Positions 52,072-64,000 of a DNA stretch of 64,000 bases are shown here, piece after piece. Position numbers and translations under genes: made by a program. Source of the stretch: Fimicolochytrium jonesii (Eukaryota). The stretch lies in the NCBI RefSeq assembly GCF_025526975.1, contig NW_026515698.1, positions 62,001 to 126,000 on the forward strand. The letters run 5' to 3'. The notes below the pieces were generated by a model that did no database searches, was not told where the DNA came from, and saw nothing but the letters and a program-made list of their open reading frames with translations. Position 1 is the first letter of the stretch; the number at the start of each line of letters is the position of its first letter.

Positions 52072-54203
52072 TGGACAGGACTCCCTAGCACCTTCTTTTA
52101 AAAAAAAGAAAGATACCGGTTCCTTGACCTGAGGGTGCTTGCCGAGTAGTCGCTTGTGGTAGGGAGAAGAACCTTGAGGGCCGTAGAGTAAGGACCGTTT
52201 GGGTAAGGTCGATGAAGATATGGTCGTAGAAGAAGGAGCGTCGAAAGGCACTTGTCGTGGGAATATGGCGGAGGGGTACGACGCGTCTTGCTGTGATGAT
52301 GTGCTTGATCTTGGGTGTGGGTTCCGTCCGATGGGCTGGACGTGCTTTCGGGGGAGCCGACGACACTTGAGCCTTGAGCGGTAAGAGCGTGGGAAACTTG
52401 CATGTCGTAGGTAGACACGGCGAGAAGAGGAAGTTTCGAGACGCGCGTAGAGGAGGTAAGGCCTTGCGAAGACGATTTTCCCACGGTCGCAAGATGAGCA
52501 TCTTGAAGAGCGTACATGCTTGCCGGGTGCGCCGAAAGCGGGTATAGAGGTAGAGGGTGCTTGAGACCGTGAAGGTAAGAGCGTAGGCGGGTTGGACTCG
52601 ATCGCAGAGGATCAGACCTGCGCAGAATGCGCCCGAGAGGAATGCGTCGACGAGTTGAGAATCTTGAAAGTGTTGACCGAGGCTGTGTCGCGTAGCGTAG
52701 GGTATGGACGTGCGTTGCGCTGACAACCTTGACCAGCAAGTGTTGCTGCGTTGCTGTGTTGTTGTGCTCAAGCCAGATTGAAGAAGGCAGACCGGCTGAA
52801 GAGAGGTATAGGCCGTGGGAAAGTGCGTTGGGAATGAAGAAAAGGAAGAGAAACTCGAGAGGAGGGGTCGCCTTTTATGCTGCGCACGCGAATTAAACTT
52901 GGCCGACGCGTCATGGGTCAAAGTCATGTGACAAGTCACGGGTTTCGGTGCGCTGGATGGGGCACGACAGCGCGACTTCGAATAGCATGGCTGTGCCACC
53001 CGCAATTCAGGGGTAGAGTGTCTCAGAGAAGCTTCTCCTTCGACGGGGGCACCGCGTGAGAGCCATCGCCAGTCAGGTCAAGCGTGCGTCAAGGAGAGCG
53101 TTCTGCTGATTGCTGAGCTTCTCAGAGCGATCTCACGCAGGGGCATCTGACAAAGACAGACAAAGACAGAGACACCCATGGTACTAATAATAAGTAAGGA
53201 CGCGTTACGTTGTTGCTGCGCTGCTGCGCGGATTACAATCGCCTACAGGAGAGTGAGCTTACGAAGAATCCCTGGGAATCCCTAGGAAGGTCGGAAGCCT
53301 TTTTCATTCCCCATTTGTGTCAGGGTGAGCATTTCCCTTGCTGATGACGCTGCGACGTAAGCTTCATGAGGACGCCAAATGTCCACCTTATCTGATTACG
53401 ATTTGAGGGCGATCCAGGGCGGCAATCCGCTGCGAAGTCCGAACTCTGCTGCGAACACTTTGCTCAGCAAAGTCCGCTTGTGGGCCGTTGGGGCCGAGGA
53501 TCCCTCAGTGCCGCGGGGTTTGAGGAATCCGTGGATGCCGTCCCTGTCGGTCGCGTCAATGGGTCCTGCGAATATACCTCCTTCTTTTTGTCTCGTCGTC
53601 ATTATATTGCTTGTGGGCGGTCCCATTGGCGAGTGGGAAGACTCCGTTGAGCTCAGATATACTGTAGATACAGGTGTGATGGGCGTGATCGGTAGTGCTC
53701 TTTCTCCTTGAACATAAGTGAATCTGCCGAGTTTCACTGTAGCAGCGGAGCACGAAGCCGCTGGCAGATGTAAAGAGAAGGCGAGATGTGGCGAGACCGA
53801 GGCCGAGCGCATCCCCGAAAGCCAGGTGGATATACTGTACATTTACGAAAATAGGGCTTTGTCGCGGTCCGCTGACGATCCCGACTGGTGAAACACGATG
53901 TAATTCTGCCTGTTGAAGTCAAACTTGCTAAGAGCTGGCCCATGTAGACGTAGTGACGAGCGCCACTCGGCCAGCGACCCAGAGTTCATCTCACTATTAG
54001 CCAGAAGAAGGACTCCATGATAGATCTCGAGCAGACAAGCATAAACGTGGTAGAATCGTATTGCTGCTCAGCACCGCACAGATCTTGATTCGCAGACTAG
54101 ATACTACAAACTCTGCATACCCCTTACGCCGCTGACATCCATCCCATCCATCGCATCCAACAGCAGAGTCCTTTCCACATCGCAGTCGCGCATCCATCGC
54201 GTT

Positions 54204-54783
54204 TAGTTTGCACTTAGTTCATGAGGAGATTTGCGGTCGGCCTCATCGGGGATTTCCCGTGGAGCGACCTGGCAGGGATGCGAACGGGTCGTCAATTCCG
54301 TGCAAGAAGCGGCGGCAAGCAACCATGCAATGAAACAACACTCACCCCAACCCGCCCATCAACCAATTTCCCACTCGCCACTTCCAACGGCACCGTCTGG
54401 TCCTCAAACACCTTCCCTTCCATCTTGCCCTCCCCCCCACTTTCTCCCTTCCCTCCACTCCCCGCACTCTTCGCATTCCCACCCAGGATTCCCCTCGTGA
54501 CCACTCGCGCAATAGCCGCTCCCTGCCGATTGGCCTCCTGCTCGACCCGCCCCTGGTCCGTCAACGGCGGGGCCTCGCCGCCGCGCAGCCAGGTGATCCA
54601 TCCGAAGACTGAGCAGGTTACGGTGATGACGGTGAGGGTTAGGAAGGCGGGGTTGCGGAGGCCGCGGAACAACCGCTTGGGTGGGTGAAGGTCGAGGGGG
54701 GGATGGCTGTTGGTGGGATACGTGCGTACGTTAGTGAATCATGCGGTGTATAGGCGGATGTCGGCTGGGTGACGTACGGCATT
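54204..54783 (-). CDS. Small putative single-pass membrane protein (spliced)
   Basis: ORF 54292-54672 with hydrophobic FLTLTVITVTCSVFGWITWL; plausible ATG and GT donor near 54783. Confidence 0.4.
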
Positions 54784-56002
54784 GTAGTTGTTTGTGTTTC
54801 TGGGAGAGGCAAACGACAAGTGGATGATACTTTTCTGGCGGTTCACTGGAGTATTGGCGAGTGTGTTGCGAATGGTGACGGTGATTGTCGTCATCTGTGA
54901 GATGATAGGATTGCTACGTTGAGCGTGTGGTTTCCAGACGTATCATGAGCCGTCGATGCCAGCGACGCCGACAGAGACAAAACCAAACGAGTGTCATGTC
55001 GCACGTGTCATGACAGCAATTGTCATCCCCACTATAGTCCCCCCCCCGTTCCAAATGTATTACCATCGTTGGCGTCAAAAATCACAGAAGTCGGACCCAA
55101 AGATATGTACATCTCCAAAGTTCCCACCTCCCCAACCCCCCGTCACCCAGAATGACGCCTACACTCACTGGCGCAACGCACCATTCGAAATCGAATACGG
55201 TCGGTGAATACTCTTTGTATATACGTGAACTCTGGATTTTTCCGGGGTGCAGGTAGTGATGGATGCTAAAGGGCAGCGGAGGAATATCTCGCCACAGCAT
55301 GACGGGTGGGGGTTATGCGGGGGGGCCGTCATTGGTGATATCGACAGCGCGTGCTCTTTGAGGGCACTGTCAACACTATTTCCCACAACCTGCGCACGTT
55401 ACCTCCATAGAGGTTTTCCAAATCTTGGACGCCGCTGGCTCTCGGGACGTAGCGATGGTCACACTCTCTCACCCAAATTCGGACCGTATATTCCGCGCGT
55501 ACGAAGGGCCCCCTGTCGGTTCCGGCCAATCCACTCCGGTGCATATGCGGCCCACCCACACCCTCAACCATAACCCCAATCCCAATCATGTTTCATGTTT
55601 TTCATGTTTCTTTTTTGCATTACACGTTATTACAAAACCCTTCCTTCACAAATCCAAAAAACATACGGGGAGGGATGTGTGGGGGTGTTCGATTGTCCTG
55701 GCCAACCCAAAGCACTCATAGCCCGCACCCCTTTTCCCGTTTCCCAAAACCCATCGTTTTCATCCGCGTCTCCCAAAAAAAAACAGTTTCCAAAAACCGT
55801 GAAACTCATGTATGCGCGGCACCGCACGCCTCGCTTCCCTCCTCGCTCTATTCGATCCGCAGTGTCGTTCCCCTGTGTCGTTTTTTCGCGACATGTTTGC
55901 TTTGTGACCGACCGCCCACAATCCCAAAAACCAAAAACAAAACAAAACAAGACAATCGTCCTTAACTCCCCCAACATCCATCACATAAGATGGTCTCGTC
56001 AC

Positions 56003-59000
56003 TCACTGCGCAGCCCTCCCCTGATCCCCCTCCCCCTCCTTCTCCCCATCCCTCTTAACCCGTCTCTTGCGGGCCTTCCCCGGCTTCCCGCCCCAAAAGC
56101 GTCCCTCCCAAACCTGCTCAAACTCACAGAAGAAACATACCCAGTCCGCGTTCGCCGCACCCCCGTTCGCGTCGGCCAGCGCGAGGGAGAACGGCAACGA
56201 GGATGACGAAGCGCCCCCCGCGGGGGACGGTTTGCGCTGCCCTTTGGATTTGGTGGGTGAGGGTGTTGTGGACGATGCGGGGTTGGGTGGAGCGTTCTGG
56301 GTTTCGGCGGGATGGGCTGCGGCGATGTTCCTGCGCACGCGGTCGTGGCGTTCGCGCAGGTCTTTGACGTAGCGGGCGCGGCGGTAGCGGGGGCCGAAGA
56401 GGGGGAGGGTGAAGGTGTGGGTTTGGGTTGTCTCCTTCGCTACCTCTTTTCCGCCTTTTCCGCTTTTCGCTTCTTTGGATTCCTTCGCGTTCTGTTTCGG
56501 TCCAACTGGTGTTGTCGATTTCGCCTGATCTTTAACATCCAGAGTCTTCACCCCGCCGCCCCGTCTCGCAGGCAATTTCACTGCAATCGTGGTCGGCGCA
56601 GGTGGAGGAGCCGGGGCCGGGGCCGGTGCAGGAGGTGCAGCCGCCGTTCCATTCGCAGGAACCGGAGGTACCACCGGGGCACCATTCCCCGCCTCCCCAT
56701 CACCTCCATCATTCTTCTTCTTCTTATTCTTCTTATTCTTCTTCTTATTGTTCACTTTCCCAGCGGGTTGTTGGGTTGTTGTGGGTGGGTATGTAGGGGG
56801 CAGCTGCTGCTGTTGTTGCAGGGCTGCAGCCCCGTTCGTGACTGGTTTCGCGGCAGTCGTACCACTGAGAACGGCCCCGCTTTTCGATTTCTCGCCCGCA
56901 GCATCGCCATTCACAGCTTTCTTGACCTCCGCGCCCTCCTTGACACCAACACCATTCTTTCCCTTCCCGCCGTTACTGTTGTTGATGTTGTCAAAGTTGC
57001 CACTCAGCCCCGTCACCCTCGTCACCCCACCGGCACCCCCAAACAAATACGGCACGTCCCCAAACGCCAGCGATGGCGGGGCGGCCGCCATCCCTCCCGT
57101 CGCGCCAACACCGCCGCCCCCCATGCGGGAGGCAGGGGCGCGGCCCGCGGTGTGCATCGGTCGCGGCGGGTTCGGGTTCGGGTTCGGTTGGTAGGTGTAT
57201 GGGTTCGGGTAAGGGTACGACGACGGGTTGTTCAGGTATCCCAGGCCGCCGGTATTCATGAGGTTGGGGTATTGGCCGAATTGGGTTGGCGGGTACGGCG
57301 GGAAATGTCCAAAATTCGGGGTAGTGGTGGTGTTGAACGTCGTCGGCGGCGCGGAGGATACGACCTTCGGCTGACAAACACTCACAAGCCCCTTCCTCAA
57401 CACCCCCCTCGCCCTCTTCCTCAACCTACTGTCCCCTTTCCCCTGTTTGCCATCCACATGGAAATCCAACACCAGCCAATCGGCCCCAAGACTGTCCGCG
57501 AGTGTAGGCCACGTCCGCCCTGTGTCGGACGTTTCGCGGAGGTCGGGGATGAGCAGGGGGAGTGGGGGTGGGATTGTGAAGTTGTGGGTGGGGAGGTTGG
57601 TCGGGTTGTGAGGGTCCCAGGGGGGAAAGAGACCGGTGGGTGTTGTGGAAAGGAGTGGACGTGAGAGGCCGAACCCATTATTGTTACCGCTGTTGTTGAA
57701 ATCGGTCGAGTAGCTCATCCCACCGAGCCCGAGTGCCGTCGTCGACGGAAGTGTGAAGTACGGCTGTTGGTTTGTTGACGCTGATGTCGCATGCCATTGG
57801 GAGAAGGCCCCAGGGGTGGGTTTGATCCCCCCGTCGGATGTCACGAACGCGGTATTCTCAGAGTTCTGCAGGTTGGTTCCAAGAAACGACATAGGACTCT
57901 GATCCGCGGTGCTACCCTCATCAAACGTCGCCGCGGTGCCAGGTAGCGCGCGTTTCTTGTTTTTGTTGAAGAACACCCGCGCCGCGCTGGGGGCGGGGTT
58001 CATGGCGCACATATCAGTGAAGCTCAGTCCAGTATCCATCGGAGGGATCCCAAACGCCTGATTCGCCGGCTCCTGCTGTGTGGCGGAAGCAGAGTCAACC
58101 GGCCCATCCGTGCCATACATGGCCAAGTACGCATCACACACCTCCCTCTCCTTCCCTGGATCCGTGTCCAGCTCCGGGACCTGATCACCGTGCCCCGTAA
58201 CCCACGCTTCGAATTGGGCTTTCGGGATGTCCATCCCGGCGAGGTGGAGGGTCTCCCTGCCGAGGATATCGCGTGATGCGCTGACGTTACGGGGCTTCCG
58301 GGGGGAGAGACTGACGCCGTGGCGGAGTTTCTTTTTGGGGAGGATTTTGATTGGGCGGTGGTGTGGGGTGGCCGGGATGGTCGATGGGGGGAACATGGGT
58401 TGGTAGGTCATGTGCGGCACCGACATGGGGTTGGCGAGGGTCGGCGGTGGGGGGATGGAGGTGGGTATGACGGAGGGCGGGAATACTGAAGCGAACGCTG
58501 TCGAGGCCGGGGCGTGTAGGGGCGGTTGGGACTCCCTGCTGGTAGAAGCGGGTTTGCTGAGGGTTGGGAAGGTTGGGAGGTAGAAGGGTTGGGGTGGCTG
58601 TTGGGTAGGTGCGGAAGTCGGTGTGGAGGTGGCCAAGGTCACGGGGAAGAGGTTGACCTTGGGTGGTTTTCCCAGTGGTGTATCTGCTGAAGTGGTATAG
58701 GGCCCCGTCATCGGCGGCGGTGGGGTGAAAGTGAACTGTGACGGTCTGGAGGACGCTGGATGTTGACCTGATCATACAAAACACACCGACATTAGAACTT
58801 GTAAGACCACATGCGCTCTTGGCTCTAAACCATACGCTAACAATGAACTCACCAATCTTCCCCTTCCCAGTCTCCGCCGTCGTCGCAGCCCCACCCGTAT
58901 TCCCCGGCTTCCCAATCCGCCCGGGCATCGGCGACTGCGTGTGCGTAAACTCAAACTGGAAATTAAACATAGGCCACGGCAGTGGCGTCGACCCCGGGAT

Positions 59001-59645
59001 AGGCGTCCCATATCCGGTTTGCGACGTCGTTGACGAAGGACCGGCTCCATTACCGTTATTGATATGTTTTTTGAAGTCGACTACTGGGGATCTCCGCAGC
59101 GTGGACGGCGCCACCGGGCCGGTAGATGGTGGTATCCTGGGCGGCGGCATTGCTTGTTTTTCAGAGGTGGTGAATGGCGGGGGTGTGTAGACTGGAACGC
59201 CGGAAGACTGTGGGAGTGGGACACCTTCCGCACCCGGTCTCGTCGGGAATGCCGCGAATTCAAACGGTGCGATGAACGTAGATGGACGAGTCCCAGCTGG
59301 GCCTGCAGGGGGGGTATTCGCCACAGCCGCCGGTTTCGCGGAGGGTATATGAGGTTTTGTCGGAGAGAGGTTCGCTGCCGGCTTCGCGTCGTATGCAGCG
59401 TGCAGTGCCTTCGCTTCCGCCGTCGAACTCCCCGGATCCACACCCTGTTTCGACGGAGAGAGTCTCGCTGCCTGCTTTGCCTCATATGCAGCCTGTACCG
59501 CCTTGTCTTCCGCCGTCGGACTCCCCGGATCCACACCCTGTTTCCCTCCTGATCCACGCTGGGGCGGCGTGAAGATCGTTCTATACTCCACCTGTACGAC
59601 ATTCGGGTCATCCCATGGTAGTGGTTGTCGGGACCCATTGGACAT
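56003..59645 (-). CDS. Large Pro/Gly-rich low-complexity hypothetical protein with C-terminal WVCFFCEF motif
   Basis: ORFs 58287-59645 and 56003-58711 are probably joined by an intron near 58785-58845; basic NLS-like runs; internal ~29-aa duplication at ~59380-59545. Confidence 0.7.
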
Positions 59646-59894
59646 AGTGGGTCGATCGGTGGATGTGGGTATGTCGGCGGCTTCTGCCGCAGCAGCGGAT
59701 GTGGTTTGGTCGACTCTGAGGGATGGGTTTACGGTTGTTCGTTGGTGGTGGAATGCGGGGGAGAAGGATCGGAGGCCGATGTGGTGTGATGATGTGGGGC
59801 CTGTGTCGGGTAGGAGGAATGGCTTTGACGGCTATATACAAAGAGAGGAGTGAGGCGATGAGTTTGTAAGACACACGGCAAGTGACGGAAAACT

Positions 59895-60425
59895 TCAAAT
59901 TATGTGGGGTGTGAATCCGATGATGCGGCTCGTTCTTGACCCCCACGAACGTCTCAACCTGCTCATACTCACCGGATTGCGTGGATTTTGCAGCATGTAT
60001 GGCTTCTGTTTGACGTCTCCTTCACCGTTCTTCAGAGGCTGCTCTTTCAATGTCACAATAGCTGCCGGAGCAGCGTCGAACACAGCCGGGACACTGCTAC
60101 CTTCAACCGCGTCGTCGCTGCTTCCGTCTTCTTCTTCGTCCTCGTTATCGTCGTCCTCGTCCGTTTCGGCGTCGGAAGCAGACTTTGACACGTCCACCGG
60201 GATCTCCGCTGTCGAACTCTGCGGCGGCGGCGGCACGTTTCCCAATTCACGTTGAGTATTATTCGAGACAGACTTTCTCTCAAGTCTCTCAAGCCGTTTC
60301 CGTAACTGTCTATGATACCGCTCTTGTTCCCACGTCGACGTCGCCGGGTCTGGGTTTGAGGGTGGGCTCGGTGGAATGGCAGCGGCGGCCGGAGCAACTT
60401 CCAAGGAGGTCTGCGCCTGACCCAT
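59895..60425 (-). CDS. Hypothetical protein (MGQAQTS N-terminus, short coiled coil, acidic tract); separate gene or upstream exon
   Basis: Open frame from the ATG near 60425 with protein-like composition. Confidence 0.4.
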   Translation of the reverse strand: MGQAQTSLEVAPAAAAIPPSPPSNPDPATSTWEQERYHRQLRKRLERLERKSVSNNTQRELGNVPPPPQSSTAEIPVDVSKSASDAETDEDDDNEDEEEDGSSDDAVEGSSVPAVFDAAPAAIVTLKEQPLKNGEGDVKQKPYMLQNPRNPVSMSRLRRSWGSRTSRIIGFTPHII

Positions 60426-61551
60426 TTTGACAGCCGCACACGCACGACACCGTGGGGGCTGAGCGGGCGGCTGCGGCTGGATTGCGGAGCAGTGACCTGC
60501 AGCACTTGAGCTGTGGTCCGGTGAAGCGGTATTTGGTGGATAACGGTGATTATTGAAGGTGTTTTGTGGGGGTGTTCTGGCCTTCTCCGCCCGAGTCCCC
60601 AACGTGTCAAAAGCGGCAACTCTCGCCCCGCGCGCAATGGAGGGAAGGCAATCCAAAAACACAAACAAATAGCTTCCGTTGTGGTTCGCAGTGAAGCCCT
60701 TTCCTTCTCCCGGAACCCCCAGTCAGTCGTTGTCCCCTGGGTTGGGTGGGTGGTCGCTGTTTGCGGGCCTGTGATACTGCAAGTGTGCGGTAAGCAAGCG
60801 GCTCCCTGTGGGCCTCCAGTCCTGCGAGAAGTGGCTTGTGACGCGTTCGACATCCCACACCACGTTGGGCCAGAACCCACCCCTCCACCGCTTGTGCTGT
60901 CAGGCCCGGGCGGACAACCCAAGCCTCATACCTACTGTACTGACGCAGAGAGTGACTGCATTGGGCCCATGTTATGCTTTGGAGGAACGGCGGGCCAGAG
61001 CGCATCGGAACTCTCCGGCGCTGGCCGCTGAAGGAGAGACATCATGAACACCTAATAAGAGAGCCTAAGCTTGGACGTTCGTTGTGCAACATGGATCGCT
61101 CAAACAACTATGAGGGTAGAACACATATCTCGCCCATTCAACCCAAATTCATAATATCTGCCGCATCAAATATAGCGCAACGTCTGCCGTAGTCCAGTAG
61201 TAGTCTGCATCTGCCTGTGGACGAGAAAGTCCCAACCGCGTTTCTTCGCGTCTCCCGTCTGCTTATCTCATCCTCCGCCCTGATTGGCTCCTCGTTCGGA
61301 TGCATCATCCCAGTGCGACCGCCTGGCTCCTATAAAAGGAGGAACTCCCGGCCTTTTTCTTCCCAGCACAACGAATTCCCCAAAACATCGACATCTGAAA
61401 ACGACACCCACCCTCCCAGTGCACGAAAACGGACGACGGTGATTTACGAGGAGACGCTCCCTCCCTCATTCACCCTCCTCCCTTTATGCTGCACCGAGAG
61501 GCGGTCTGGAAGCCTGCCTTTCCGCAATATGAGTGACCTGAGACCCGAACG

Positions 61552-61587
61552 CACACACACAAACACACACACACATACACACACACA
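61552..61587. repeat. (CA)n microsatellite, imperfect
   Basis: Seen directly. Confidence 0.9.
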
Positions 61588-62288
61588 GAAGAAGAAACCA
61601 CCACCCCGTGATGAGACGCTTATGATTCCTTTGGCTGGATGATATAACTTCATGATTATAACCTCAAGTTTTCGCTAGATAATATCTCTGATGGGTGGTT
61701 TTTCTTCTCTGTGCCTGTTGTTTGTGTGTGTGGTCGGGCCGTTTTTCGAGAACGCTCGCGGTTTGTGGTTGATGGTCGTCTTCGTTATGGTCGGACCGTG
61801 GGGAGCTCGCTCACCGTCGCCGTAGGGAAGGAAAATTGCGTTGGCAGTTCAGGCTTCTGTTCATGCGCGACCAGTGGGGTTCCTGCTTCTGCTTCTGAAC
61901 AGTCGCTTCTCGTTTGCCGTGCCCCCTTCGTTATGTGCCTTTCGCCTGCCTTCCCATACAGTACCTAATCTATATTGGCAGGTCCATGTTACACATCCAT
62001 GTTTTCGTCCGTATGTTTTCGGACACATGTTTTCGTATTCACCCAATTGCGCATGGCAGAGCCAGGTCCGGAGTCCAGAATGGATGCCATTACGCCGTGA
62101 CACCTCAAGTCCATATCTAACGTACCGCTACAGAAACTACAACCTAGCTAACAAGAGTGTCTAAAAAAAGCCTCGTGGCCCGCATTCCACCAAGCGGGAA
62201 GCGAACAAAGTTGCCACCTCGCACAAAGTCAAAGTCAAAGCGGAAGCGACGCACCGAAACTGTAGCCTCCACGTACAGTGTTGCCGCG

Positions 62289-63731
62289 TTAACGAGCCCT
62301 AACCCGATTCCTCTGCTGCTCCCTCACCTTCATCATCTGCATCTGCATCTCCATAATACCCCTAAATTCCCCCAAATCGATCGTGGTCTGCATCGGCAGT
62401 TCCTTCGGCGCCGCAAACTCATTTGGGGAGCCGTGGACGCTCATCGGGAGTGTGAATGGGATGGTGATATTTTCAGAGGAGGAGGGGACGCGGAGGGTGG
62501 CCTTTCCGGTGATGAAGTGCGTGCAGGAGAGGAAGACGCCTGTGTCGAGGGTGTCGTGGTATTTTTCGAGGGAGGTGAGGCGGAGGGGGAATGTATGTGT
62601 TTTTGGTGCTGTCCCGGTGTTTTCATCGCGGACAGTGATATCGGCTTGCTCTGAGAGACAAGTGATATCCCCGTACTTGTCGTGCAGATGATCGTCAAGC
62701 ACCTGTAACGGCGGGGTGGTTGGCGCGTCACGTTGTTTCGCAGCAACACTATCCGCGATTTTCTGTTTCAGGACGTAGGTGATGGAATCGAGGGTGGCCG
62801 ATGCAGGGGCGACGGAGACGGTGAGGTTGATCGGTGTGGGGTTGACGAGTGTTCCGTTGCGCATCATGATGCGTTTGATGGTTGTGATCGTGAGCTGCAC
62901 GGGTCCATCTGTTACCAACACCGTCTGTTCGTTGGATGTTGTTGGAGCTGGAGCCGCGGCGGCCGTGGGAGTGAACGCGGGTGCCTCCTCCTCTTCAGAA
63001 TCCTTCGTGTACGTGGGTAATCTCTCGGCTTGCAGCACGGCCTCGTTATAAGAGATAGGCGCCTCCTCAACACCCACAAGTAGCTTCTTGATCCTAAGTC
63101 CGCGTTGAGTGGCGATTTCCGATTTGCGGAAGCCGAGGAACCCCTTTGCGGGGACGATGACCGCGCGGAGCTTGTAAACGATGCTCGCGTGCGTTGCGCG
63201 CATGGAGGTGAGGGATTTCGGATCGAGTGTGAATTCGAACGGAAGGTCGTGTGTGCCGGCGGGGAGAATGTTGTCTCCATGCGAGTGAGATGAGGCAGGG
63301 GGGGAGGAGACGGCGTCGGTTAATGTCGATAATGTCGAGGTAGCCAGCACCTTCCCATGTTCCCAAAGCACCGCCTCCTTCGTCAGGAACGTTTTCGCCC
63401 TCATCCACGGCTGGGGATCCCACACCCGCTGTTCCTTGACACTGGGAAAGCCCGCGCGTTCCATGTTGGCGGTCTCTATGCCTAGCAGGAGGAGTCGAAT
63501 CGAGTCTGCCTTGTAATGTTCTTTGAATTCGATGTGGAGATGGCCGCGGACTCGGAGCTGCTGTTGGGTTGCGAGGTCTTCGTTGACGTCGGCGGCGGGG
63601 ACTTCGAGGCCGGTGAGAGGGTGGATTGTGCGGGCGAGGGAGGGGACTTGAGAGAGCTGGATTTGGAAGGTGAGGAGGGAGGAGGGCCAGTTGGCGGGCT
63701 TGTCTTGTGGGGGGTCTGGGGTAACCATCAT
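62289..63731 (-). CDS. Alpha-arrestin-like protein
   Basis: VRGHLHI...IRLLLLGIE...ILPAGTHDLPFEFTL...SIVYKLRAVI resembles an Arrestin_N fold; PY-like motifs PISY and LPTY; single long ORF. Confidence 0.8.
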   Translation of the reverse strand: MMVTPDPPQDKPANWPSSLLTFQIQLSQVPSLARTIHPLTGLEVPAADVNEDLATQQQLRVRGHLHIEFKEHYKADSIRLLLLGIETANMERAGFPSVKEQRVWDPQPWMRAKTFLTKEAVLWEHGKVLATSTLSTLTDAVSSPPASSHSHGDNILPAGTHDLPFEFTLDPKSLTSMRATHASIVYKLRAVIVPAKGFLGFRKSEIATQRGLRIKKLLVGVEEAPISYNEAVLQAERLPTYTKDSEEEEAPAFTPTAAAAPAPTTSNEQTVLVTDGPVQLTITTIKRIMMRNGTLVNPTPINLTVSVAPASATLDSITYVLKQKIADSVAAKQRDAPTTPPLQVLDDHLHDKYGDITCLSEQADITVRDENTGTAPKTHTFPLRLTSLEKYHDTLDTGVFLSCTHFITGKATLRVPSSSENITIPFTLPMSVHGSPNEFAAPKELPMQTTIDLGEFRGIMEMQMQMMKVREQQRNRVRAR

Positions 63732-64000
63732 GGTGTTCTATTATACGGAAGTATTGGTGAGTTGGCTGAATCGCTGCATACGAATGCCGTGAGAAATAGC
63801 GTACCTCTCACTACTTCCTCTACACAAACGAGATATAACAGCTTCAAGTTGAGACCTTTAGAGCAGTTGAGAGATAGATGCCTGGGGGGGTTTCTCCACC
63901 ACAGCAGCCTTTTATTCTTTGCGAGTGAGCGGCCTCCTGTCGTCGCCGGAGCCGCTGGTATTTCATCGGTGGCCCTTGGTTCCTCGCCTCGTGTACGGAC

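Noticed and set aside
51064..53005. Long ORFs 51064-51825 (+) and 52085-53005 (-) as genes
   Set aside because: They run through homopolymer and AT tracts, show no domain, and have atypical composition; not supportable.

Overview
Eukaryotic DNA with short GT-AG introns, most likely from an early-diverging fungus such as a chytrid (inferred from gene content and TE repertoire). Bases 1-18.1 kb are a nest of mostly decayed transposons. A Ty3/gypsy 3' end, carrying a spliced antisense tandem-RING gene, is inserted in the gag of a Ty1/copia element; that copia has a chromodomain between integrase and RT and abuts a Merlin/IS1016-like transposase remnant. Next come a complete 282-bp TRIM with target-site duplication (TSD), a second 8.3-kb gypsy element inactivated by CpG-type mutations, and a Tc1 fragment. 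Bases 19-64 kb are host genes: a hybrid histidine kinase, an F-box/Cys-rich protein, a cutinase, a disrupted ABCC transporter, a Zn-dependent dehydrogenase, an Opi1-like factor, a Rud3/GRAB golgin, UTP7, a low-complexity hypothetical protein and an arrestin. An unexplained hairpin cluster lies at 51.7-52.1 kb. All calls come from manual motif reading; no searches were run, and exon boundaries are approximate unless stated.
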